This document shows, piece after piece, positions 52,723 through 64,000 of a DNA stretch of 64,000 nucleotides; the first letter of the stretch is position 1; the number at the start of each line of letters is the position of its first letter. The notes beneath the pieces are model-generated. The model saw only the letters and a list, made by a program, of their open reading frames with translations, was not told the origin of the DNA and did no database searches. Origin of the DNA: Octopus vulgaris (taxonomy: Eukaryota); NCBI GenBank assembly GCA_951406725.2, contig OX597822.1, positions 65,286,001-65,350,000 on the forward strand, in the 5' to 3' direction. The position numbers and the translations under genes were made by a program.

Positions 52723-53035
52723 CAGGGGTTCTCAACCATTTTATATCTACGGCCTCCTCTGATCACTGTTTTATTCTGGTGGGATCCTATAACCGTTCAA
52801 TGTTTAAAAACTAGTTTTATAGAAACTTCTTTTACATTTCTTATTTTGTTTTTCACGCATTAACCTGTGAAGGAAGTTTCTTGAAATAATACCAACACGT
52901 ACATCAAAAGCAAAAAAATTTAGGATACCTTAAAGTACTATAGTGGATCCTTAATTTACAATTTTGTTATGTATAACCACCAAAATCTTATATGGAACCT
53001 GAGGGACTATATGGACCCTAGTAGAGAACTATCTG
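52723..53035. mobile_element. hAT (Charlie-like) MITE
   Basis: caggggttctcaacc ... atatggaccctagtagagaactatctg. Confidence 0.7.
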
Positions 53036-53343
53036 TTAAAGCATTAAGATTTTCCAGCCATACAGCAGTGTCTTGTCTTGTACCTGTTGGATGATGTATG
53101 TAAAAACGAGGGACTCCTCTGAAACATGTGCTGTGAGTTGTCTTCCATAGCTACAAATAATATATTACCACATGTATGCTTCTCCAATAGTGACCAATAG
53201 AATTAAAGTTTCGTTATCGCAATATGATTGCTGACGTGTGTCGCGTATTGGTTGCTGATGACGGACGTAAAATCATGTACACATTCAAATGACTGAAAAA
53301 AAAAAAAGAAACAAAGAATGTGTGTGCGTGTGTGTATATATAT

Positions 53344-53755
53344 AGGCGCAGGAGTAACTGTGTGGTAAGTAGCTTGTTTACCAACCACATGGTTCCGGGT
53401 TCAGTCACACTGCGTGGCACCTTGGACAAGTGTCTTCTCCTAGAGCCTCGGGCCGAACAAAACTTTGTGAATGGATTTGGTGGACGGAAACTGAAAAGAA
53501 GCCCGTCGTATATATGTATATATATATATATGTGTTTTTGTGTCTGTGTTTGTCCCCCCAACATCGCTTGACAACCGATTCTGGTGTGTTTATGTCCCCG
53601 TAACTCAGCGCTTCGGCAAAAGAGACGGATAGAATAAGTACTAGGCTTACAAAGAATAAGTCCTGGGGTCATTTTGCTCGACTAAAGGCGGTGCTCCAGC
53701 ATGGCCGCAGTCAAATAACTGAAACAAGTAAAAGTGTAAATGAGAGTAAAAGAGT
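53344..53755 (+). mobile_element. SINE family A, full length
   Basis: ggcgcaggagtaactgtgtggtaagtagc...ggttccgggttcagtcacac head; reiterated 'gtaaaagag' tail. Confidence 0.88.
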
Positions 53756-54427
53756 ATATATATATATGTATAAACACTCTATGATCAAAATTGATACAAA
53801 TCCCATATAGTAAGGCAGAAATTTGCAAAGACAGATGCGTCTTGTGGACCAAACACTGACAGAGGGAATAATCTCCTCTCGTTAGAGAAGAATATATGGA
53901 CAGATATACACCGAATAACCCTTATTTTCATGTAATCGAAATCCATCAGTTCTTCTCCACTAAAGCGGTAACGCGCAATCTTAAATTACTTAAAGAAAAC
54001 AAGGAATACGAAAACGGAATAGAACAAATCATTGGATGAAATAAGGAGAAGAAAAGAAGCGAAGGAAGATAACATAATATTATAACAGAAGACATTAAGC
54101 AAGAAAAGCAGTTAGCTATATTGAAAGCCAAATTAAACAAAACAGAAGAATGTTAATATGTACGTGTGTGTGTGCATGTGTTTATGTATACCTGCTACAT
54201 ACGCTAAATGTATATACATGTGTATGTATGTGTATAAATTGATGTATATATATATATATATATATATGCATATATATATATATATATATATCAATTTTTA
54301 TGTAGTTACACATATCAATTTTTATGTAGTTACACATATATATATATATACATTTATGTATATGTATGTAAATACTGGAATAGATAACGCATACGTGATT
54401 ATATATATGTATATATGTATATATGTA

Positions 54428-54458
<31 letters not shown>

Positions 54459-54777
54459 GTCTTCATTTATACATCTAGCATGTAAGGGGATATTATGCAT
54501 ACTGACATATAGATACATGTACACATACATACATACATTCATATGTATGTGTATGTATATGCGTGTGTATTTATATATGTATATATGCTCAAGTTTGTTT
54601 GTGTATGTCTATATACATACATCTATCTACATATATACATTTATGTATGTGCTGTATGTTGATGCAAGTGTGCATATTATACTATTTGCATATATCTACC
54701 CACATTCTTTAGCACGTGTGTATGTGCATGGGTATATGTTTGTATATATATATATATATGTACGCAAGTATTCATGC

Positions 54778-54893
<116 letters not shown>

Positions 54894-55968
54894 CCAAATT
54901 GCTTTAAAAGTCAAACAAAAATGAAGCAGATACAAAACAGTAGAAGTAAAACTGGGAAATATAAAATCGAAAATAAAAATGAATACGTAAGTAAATATAA
55001 AATCTAAATAGATGGAATAACTTGATAAACGATTGAATTAGACTTAATGAATGAAACTTCAGTATAACATGCTCTGCTCCGTTAAACGTACATGAAATAT
55101 TTACTGTACAAAATGTGGTTTCTGCTAAGATTTATCGCTGATCTCGCATGTGTGACGTAAACGTTTAATATACTGTTCGTTGGAGTGCACAATTTAATGT
55201 TTAAATCTTTTCAATGATTATTTATTTATTTAATAACGGTTTGTTATGGTTTTCTTTAAAAATGCTATTTTTTCGTTACGTTTCTGTTATTTTATTTTTG
55301 TTTAAGTGTGTGTTTAGCTTAGATTGAATTTGCTATTTTTCCTTTCTGTTTGTTAGTATATTATTTGTTTTTACTTTTTTTTTTTCTTACTTGTGTGTTT
55401 TGTGAGTTTTATGTTATTTTGTGATGAAGAGAGATTGAGAGGAAACGAGGAAGTTGTAGGCGTTCCCATTCTCTTATATCATTTATGAAACTCATCGTAC
55501 TGAATCTCCTGCGTTTTGTATGGAGATACTCAGAGCATACAACACACATACACACGTACGCGTATATCCTTACGTGGATTTTTCTGTTAGAGCTATACTA
55601 CGCAGACATTGACGTGCACAGCACACACATATACATATATGCACACAAACCAACGCATACATACACACACAAACATATATATATAAACGCACACATATAA
55701 CCAACAGTACATACTCATATAAAATACATAGAGATATTTGAAAATACTAATATGTATGTATGTGTGTATAAATATATATATATATATATATATAGGTGTG
55801 TGTGCGTGTGCGTGTGTGATTGTATGTATTTTTGTGTCTGCGTTTGTCCCCCCCAACAACGCTTGACAACCGATGCTGGTGTGTTTACGTCTCCGTCACC
55901 TAGCGGTGCTCCAGCATGGCCACAGTCATGTGACTGAAACAAGTAAAAGAGAGTAAAAGAATAAAGAG

Positions 55969-56040
<72 letters not shown>

Positions 56041-56411
56041 GAGAGGAGGAGAGAGAGTGTCAAAATGAAAAGAGTGAGAGACGAAAAGATGGATGCCCAT
56101 AAATTTATTATGTGAGGGACGAAGAGGGAGAACGAAAAAGAGATAGAAAAGGATTTGGTTGATCATGTTTCGAAATATGGGACTTGTTCTCTCTGTCTCT
56201 TATTGTATATGGTACATATACATACATATATTAATGCAATGGATCATCCGTTGGTTTCGACGATGAGTGTCGTCGCTCGGTTAACTGCTCATTATAGATT
56301 TTTATAGCCTTCATTAAGTTATTAGATGCTTTTATAGAATGTCGGATGTTTATATTCAATTTCGTCTTACGATCATCATGCTGACACCCTAACCACTAAG
56401 CCACGCGCTTC

Positions 56412-56667
56412 CATAAATGCGCCCTTTTTAAAGCCTAGCCAGGCTCATGGGCCCGGTTTCCCGGTTTCAATGGCGTGTGTGTTCCTTAGCTGGACGGGGC
56501 GCCAGTCCATCGCAGCGTTACTCATTTTTGCCAGCTGAGTGGACTGGAGCAACGTGAAATGAAGTGTTTTGCTCAAGAACACCACGCGTCACCCGGTCCA
56601 GGAATCGAAACCACAACATTACGATCATAATACTGACATCCTAACCACTAAGCCATGCGCCGCCACA
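56412..56667 (-). mobile_element. tRNA-derived SINE with a V-domain-like core
   Basis: Minus strand: 'gcatggcttagtggttagg...ggtttcgattcctgg' head, then 'ctgcgatggactggcgccccgtccag', resembling the V-SINE domain. Confidence 0.7.
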
Positions 56668-57634
56668 AAAGATGAATAAACTTAGAATATATCCTTAAGC
56701 AGATAACACAAAACAGTAACGCATATACACATACACTGTTTCATATGTGTTGCATATGTTTACGCATATATAGATACACCTATATGTATATGTATACATA
56801 TGTATATACGTGTTTATGTATGTATGTACATCTGTCTCTAAATATATGATACACATTTTTATTTTGATAATTGTGAACATATTATGCGGGCGTGTTCTAT
56901 GGATTTGCATTTAAATATATATGTAAATGAACACTAGAAAGCAAAAATCCAAGATAAGATAGAGGGAAGGATATTATATTGATCCATATACATATATATA
57001 TATATATGTGTGTATATATAAGCAACTTTATGGGTGTATATATATATAAATACACCCATAAATACAGACATACATACACAGAAACACATATGGATACATG
57101 TATATGTATAGAAAGATATGTGCATACATACACATTTATTTGCATTCTAATGTTTGTGCGATAGTAGTTATACAATGCATTTTATCCATCTACTTAGCGT
57201 GAGAGAAAGAGCTATAGATAGATATATAGATATATAGATAGAGAGAGAGAGAGAGAGGGAGTCTGTGGGAGAGAGATAGAGAGTGAGAGAGGGGAGAGAG
57301 ATTTGTTAATAAATAAGGCGTGACGTGGCATCGTTAAGTTGCTTAATCAAGGTATTAGAGGCATTTATAAAATGTCTGTCGTTTATGTTAAATTTGGTTT
57401 TTGTAAAAACAAAATGGCGGCTTGCAAATACTCTCTTAAGAGAAACAGAAGTTAATGTTTAATGTTGCTTAATGTCATTCACCATCAACAATATATCTGT
57501 TGCATAAAAATTCATATTCGTTCTCGTTTTCGTTTCTATTTAAATTTAATACTATAGGAAAAAACCGACTCACTCTCAACTTCACATATAGAATTCATAC
57601 GCATACTTAATCTCATGCACGCACATGCACAATA

Positions 57635-57667
<33 letters not shown>

Positions 57668-57803
57668 TGTATGTATGTATGTATGTATGTATGTATGTAT
57701 GTACGTACGTTTGTATGTATGTATGTATGTATGTATGTATCTATCTATCTATCTAGGTATGTAGTTATGTATGTAGGTAGGCATGTATTTAGTTATGCAT
57801 GTA

Positions 57804-57949
57804 TAGGCGTAGGAGTGGCTGTGTGGTAAGTAGCTTGCTTACGAACCATATGGTTCCGGGTTCAGTCCCACTGCTTGACAGCTTTGGTAAGTGTCTTCTA
57901 CTATAGCCAGTGAGTTGATTTGGTAGACAGAAACTGAAAGAAGCCTGTC

Positions 57950-58024
<75 letters not shown>

Positions 58025-58100
58025 CGTGTATATGTTTCTGTGTCTGTGTTTGTCCCCCAACATCGCCTGACAACCAATGGTGGTGTGTTTACCTCACCGT
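57804..58100 (+). mobile_element. SINE family A, 3'-truncated
   Basis: Head plus (TA)n centre. Confidence 0.8.
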
Positions 58101-58445
58101 ATATCTACATATGTGCTACTATTTTGGTGCCTCCTCCGCATGTTTCCGACCCGTTATATCCATCATTTTCTTCCACCTTTATTCTATGTCTTTTTTTACT
58201 TGTCTCCTTTATTACTTTCTTCTTCTTTCTCGTTCTTCTCTCTCTCTTTTCCTCTTTCACTTCAATATATGTGCGTATGTATTTGTGTGTGCCAGTGATT
58301 AAGGCGTATGCGTGTGCGGTCGCACACACACACACTCATATAGATATAGATATGTATATATATATATATATACTATACATACCAACATAAATGTATACTC
58401 ACACATATATAGATGTATACACACACACAAACACGCATATATACG

Positions 58446-58723
<278 letters not shown>

Positions 58724-59026
58724 ACTGTCTGTCTGTCTGTCCGCCTGTCCATCTGTTGTCTATCTGTCTGTCTACCTCTGTTTCTCTCTCTCTATCAATT
58801 TATTTAGTTCCAATTATCTCTGTCTCTGTTTGTCTTTTTATATATATATGTGTGTGCGCCCGTGCGTGTGTGTGTATGTGTTTGTGTATGTGTGTACGTG
58901 TGTTGGTGTGTGTGCACATATAGCCATATATGAAATCGATGGCATACAAAACCAGACTTAGATGAGAGAGCTAGAGAGGGAGAGAGAGCGAGAGCGAAAG
59001 AGAGAGAGAGTGAGAGTGAGAGTGTG

Positions 59027-59063
<37 letters not shown>

Positions 59064-59762
59064 TGGAGAGAAAGAGACAGTAAATCTGTCTTAATCATGC
59101 TATCACCCTGTATCTTTGCAGCATGTTCTCTGAAAGTGATACATCCTCGTTTCGAACTATCTCCTTATTGCCTTTCCTCGTTGTTCCTTGCTTTTTAAAT
59201 TTTCTCTTTCGATTCGACTTGCATTTTTGTCCACACCAAAAAGAGTATAGCAGCAGACAGAGGAATGGGAGGAGGAGGAGGAGGAGGAGAGAAGTCGATG
59301 GTGTTTGGAAAGAAAGCTAGATGAGAATATAAAGGAATGGGAAAGATAATGATGACGGCGATGATAACGGCGGCAATGTTAATGATGACGTTGACCACCA
59401 CAATGATGTAGATATTGTTGCCGGTGCTATGATGATGATGACGATGATGATGATGACAATAATGTTTCTGCTGCTGATGGTAGTGACGATGAGAGTGATG
59501 GTGATGATGCTGATGATGATTAGGGTGATGATGACGATGTTAACGACGACCACGACGGTGATGATGATGATGATGATGATGACGACGATGATGGTGACAA
59601 TAGTGATGGTGATGTAAAGAAGATACAAAGCAAGGCAAAAGAAAGAAATAAAGAAGAAAAGACGAAGAAGACAGAAGCCCCAAAAGATAAGGGTAAGAAA
59701 AAAATTCAAAGGAACATGGTGACAAAAGTAGGGAAAATACGACGACGAGGATGGCGGCGTTG

Positions 59763-59846
<84 letters not shown>

Positions 59847-60721
59847 GAGTAGTAGTAGTAGTGAAAGAAGTTGAAGAATGTGAAGTAGTAGTAGTAGTAG
59901 TAGTAGTGAAAGAAGTTGAAAGAGAAGAAGGTAAGGAAGTTGAAAAGCAAGGAGGTGAAGTAGAAGAACAACAACAACAATAATAACAGCAATAACAGCT
60001 ACAGTAACAAGGAAACAACGTTAGCGACAACAAGGAAAGAGGCGAAGAAGGAAGTGACAAAAGAAACGCAAAAGAAGCAAGGAAAAAAGCGAAATGAAAA
60101 AATAAGCAAGTAAATAAATAAATAAATGTATAAAATACATGAAAAAGATGAAGATGGCAACGACATGGAAGTAGATAACAGAAGGAAATTATAAAGAAAG
60201 GAGATAGAAAGAGAAACAGTGACAAGAGTAAGATGCTGGAATTCTGACTGATGAAGGTTCGCGCCTTATCATAGCTCCGCCAATAGTGAACTCCCAATTG
60301 ATAAAAGACGTTTGAATGGTTTTGTAAAAGATTCAGTGAAGCGTTGGTTTGGAAGTAAAAGATGAGTTAAAGACACTGTTGGATGGCTTTTGATGAGAGG
60401 AATGTAGCCACGGTACATAGATAGTATCTGGATTATTTTGGAGGCGAGGAGGAATTCTTGTATAACGTTTACAAACCAGATTCCAACACTAAACCATAAA
60501 TAACGAAATCTTCAATTAATGTATTGTTGTCAATGTAAAAAACCAAAATAGCATTTTAAGAATGCGTGAGTATTGCTGCATTTCCCATGATGTTACTACA
60601 AGGACTGATTTGACCGAACGGGGGACATAGATACGCTCAATCGATTGTCAAAAATTAATAGTAAAATTTCATTCAAATCGCACATGAGTCCGTCTTAAAA
60701 AAACAAAAACAAAATTTATAA

Positions 60722-60880
60722 GCGCAGGCATGATTGTGTGATAAGAAGCTTGCTCCCCAACCACATGGTTCCGCGTTCAGTTCCTCAGCGTTGAACCTTG
60801 GAGAACTGTCTTCTACTATAACTTCGGGCCGACCAAGGCCTTGTGAGTGGATTTGGTAGACGGAAACTGAAAGAAACATA
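60722..60880 (+). mobile_element. SINE family A 5' half followed by long (TA)n
   Basis: Head to 'gacggaaactgaaagaaac'. Confidence 0.75.
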
Positions 60881-60932
60881 TATGTATATATATATGTATA
60901 TATATATATGTATATATGTGTATATATATGTA

Positions 60933-61070
<138 letters not shown>

Positions 61071-61965
61071 CAATAGGTGTGGTCATAAAGTCACGCAGCA
61101 TCCTGCAATATAGAAAATTGCTAACATTGTCTATTTTTTTATATCTCTTTTCACAACTCACCCTCGTAACGGATCCTCCTGTACTTTCTTTTACTCAAAT
61201 TCACAAACTTTTCAGCACCTCACTCGTATATGTAACACATGTGTATGCATCATGTATGTGATAATCAAATTATTTTTTATATATTTGATTGTGTTTTGTT
61301 ATGCGAGTAATCCCCGATCTGTGTCTTGTATGTAAGTTATATGTGGAGCAAAATAGGTTGAGGACTGTTGCTCTGAAAGGTCATAAGTACGTCTCTTCCT
61401 GACAAAAAAAAAAATAAATAAATAAAATGAAAAATAAGGGAATTGCTATGTGGTCATACAACGTGTGAAAAATATGAGAATACTTTTAAATCACACATCT
61501 TTCAGTTTTGCAAAAATGACGCGTAGTTTGAATAATGTAGTACTAAAATACCCGAAGCCAATAAAGAAGGTTTAGAAAGTTTTTGATTATAGATGTATTG
61601 GATCAAAACTAACCAACAGTAGCAACTACAGCAGCAGCAGCAGCAATTGCAACAGTACAAACAACAACAACAACAACAACAACAACAATATCGACTATAA
61701 GCGAAAGCAATGGATATCAAAAGTTCCTTGATCGTAGGCCTATTGGGATCAAAGCTATTGTTTGGACTACACAACGAAAACATCGACAGAACTGAAGAAT
61801 GATATCTCAAACATTTTTCATCATATTCATCATATTTTTCTTGGATCAACTGACCTGGAGTTAAACTGCTACATCAACACGAATGAAAAATCGAATCTAA
61901 ACTGTTTTTTGATCATAGATCTACCAGATGAAGACTGACCTCGGGTTAAGTATCAGCACCAACAA

Positions 61966-62010
<45 letters not shown>

Positions 62011-62011
62011 C

Positions 62012-62101
<90 letters not shown>

Positions 62102-62110
62102 GTATGCATG

Positions 62111-62142
<32 letters not shown>

Positions 62143-62269
62143 TATATGTATATATACATGTATGTATATATATATATATATATACATATTACTAGTAGAT
62201 AATATCTATCTATCTTTATATATATATATATATATAAATATATATATATATCTTTATATATATATATTC

Positions 62270-62301
62270 TTTTGCTTTTCCATTTTTCACTCCTGCTGTT
62301 G

Positions 62302-62373
<72 letters not shown>

Positions 62374-62433
62374 GATATATTTATTTATTTATATATATAA
62401 TCAACAGCAGGAGTGAAAAATGGAAAAGCAAAA
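62270..62433. repeat. Perfect ~40-bp inverted repeat around a (TA)n tract
   Basis: ttttgcttttccatttttcactcctgctgttgattatatat versus atatataatcaacagcaggagtgaaaaatggaaaagcaaaa. Confidence 0.95.
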
Positions 62434-62721
62434 ATAAATATTTTTAGCATACTTTTGCACAGTCAAGTCAGACATGAACTTTAACAACGACGACGACGGT
62501 GACGATAACAATATTACAATATTAATCACAACAGCGAATACTGAAATCCTATGCCTTTTTTGATCATAAAATCTGTTAGTTCATGTCTGACCCGAGGCTA
62601 AGCGACAACAATAAAAACACCAAGTATCGTAACTGAAGAACTGGATTTCAAACGATTGTCTGTTAGATGAAAACTGACCGAAAGCAAAACAAAACCAACA
62701 AATTCTGTTGACTGTACATCA

Positions 62722-62722
<1 letters not shown>

Positions 62723-62814
<92 letters not shown>

Positions 62815-62816
62815 TG

Positions 62817-62856
<40 letters not shown>

Positions 62857-62858
62857 TG

Positions 62859-62910
<52 letters not shown>

Positions 62911-62927
62911 TAATAATAATAATAACA
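62723..62927. repeat. (AAT)n microsatellite with GAT interruptions
   Basis: Directly visible. Confidence 0.95.
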
Positions 62928-63169
62928 ATAGCAATACTAAAATTGCTAACGTTTGTTGATCACTGGTTTGCTTGGTAAGGGTTAAACGACCTGCAGTTAA
63001 ACGGAAATAACATCGATATGCATAATAGCAGCGAATAGTGTGCTTTTAATGTCTCGGGTTAAACTCCAATCAAAGCTATGATAATATTATCAACACCATC
63101 AATATTTGAGTTTCAAATGCCATCTCTCGATATGCTAGGGATAATAGGAAAATGCACGCAACTATTTAA

Positions 63170-63530
63170 ATTAAGACGTAGGAAGGAACTCTAATTTCAA
63201 TATTAAACTCAACATGTTTGAATAAAATGTGGATATTTGCGGCTTTGTCAACTGCTCCAGAGCGTGGGCTGCAGGGTCACTCCGAAAAGCTCTATCTATG
63301 ACGATTTTTATCTCAATCGAAGGAGAGGGGCTTTCTCCGTCCGGGTTGCGGATCTGTGGAATAAGCTGCCGCCCGAGATAGATGCCGAATACCGCTCGGT
63401 TCAAAGTCTCTTTTGACCAGAAATGGCCTGAACTCTTTGTATGACCACCCTCCCTGTACATGACTCCCTGTCCCCCTACATGGCCTTGCTTTTGCTTTTT
63501 GAGGCAATAAAAATTGATTTGAATTGAATA
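63170..63530 (+). mobile_element. CR1-clade LINE 3' fragment
   Basis: Frameshifted translation PERGLQGHSEKLYL / YLNRRRGAFSVRVADLWNKLPPEI; ends aataaaaattgatttgaattgaa. Confidence 0.75.
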
Positions 63531-64000
63531 AGTTTTCTTGATCTGTTCAGGTGTGGGTTTCACACTTATATAGAAGATTTCACACTTATATATAATCAAA
63601 ATTGAGGAAACAACAGATTTCACAATACAGGTTTATGACAGAATTCACACTTTTAGCCATCTCAGAATATAAACACTGTTAAATCCACTTCCGTTGACGG
63701 GCACTTGATATTTAAGATAAAATGTTAACACTTCCGGAATGCAAATTAGTAGGTCCAGCTTTCCCTAGCCCTTCTTTCTTTGGGATTGGTCAGAATGATA
63801 CAGAAGCCTCTGATGAGAGCACAATAATATTCGAAAACCAATTAATGTCGTTCGTCATGTTTTTCAATCTAGGAAGAATCAGTTAAATTTATTCTTTTTA
63901 TAAATATACTATATACACAGCAGATGTACTTATATTTGTGTCTGTGTATATGTGTGTGTATATGTATGCATACACACATACACACATCACACTCAGACAT

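Noticed and set aside
59317-60297. Longest ORF (326 aa, minus)
   Set aside because: Made of trinucleotide repeats and low-complexity sequence; no recognisable protein features.
60245-60300. Hammerhead at CTGATGA
   Set aside because: No GAAA after the possible stem II and no stems I or III.
61610-61700. Poly-Q coding exon
   Set aside because: The Q frame has stops on both sides and I see no convincing splice signals.
63805-63855. CTGATGA...GAAA hammerhead candidate
   Set aside because: Stem II is weak and stems I and III do not pair; at most a decayed relic.

Overview
AT-rich, repeat-saturated eukaryotic non-coding DNA (intergenic or a very long intron). The repeat families look to me like a coleoid cephalopod, most likely Octopus; this is recognition, not a database result. 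I see no intact host protein-coding gene: almost all long ORFs in the track are translations of microsatellites such as (TA)n, (CA)n, (TAA)n, (GAT)n, (GAA)n and (TATC)n. The window holds dozens of tRNA-derived SINE copies from at least four families, remnants of R4/Dong, CR1 and Penelope-like retroelements, an internally deleted mariner, mariner and hAT MITEs, and non-autonomous Helitrons. Most notable: (1) a Penelope-like element (PLE) whose 3' terminal repeat contains a tRNA-like Pol III cassette just upstream of a minimal hammerhead ribozyme; (2) two more hammerhead-like families with variant cores (CUGUUGA, CCGAUGA); (3) a ~0.8 kb inverted duplication bracketed by a 26-bp direct repeat; (4) a SINE that builds trimers with recurrent junctions; (5) SINEs sharing a head but with different tails; (6) a few unique islands, including a candidate 40-nt micro-exon. 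Repeat boundaries were read by eye and are approximate unless TSDs or TIRs are quoted.
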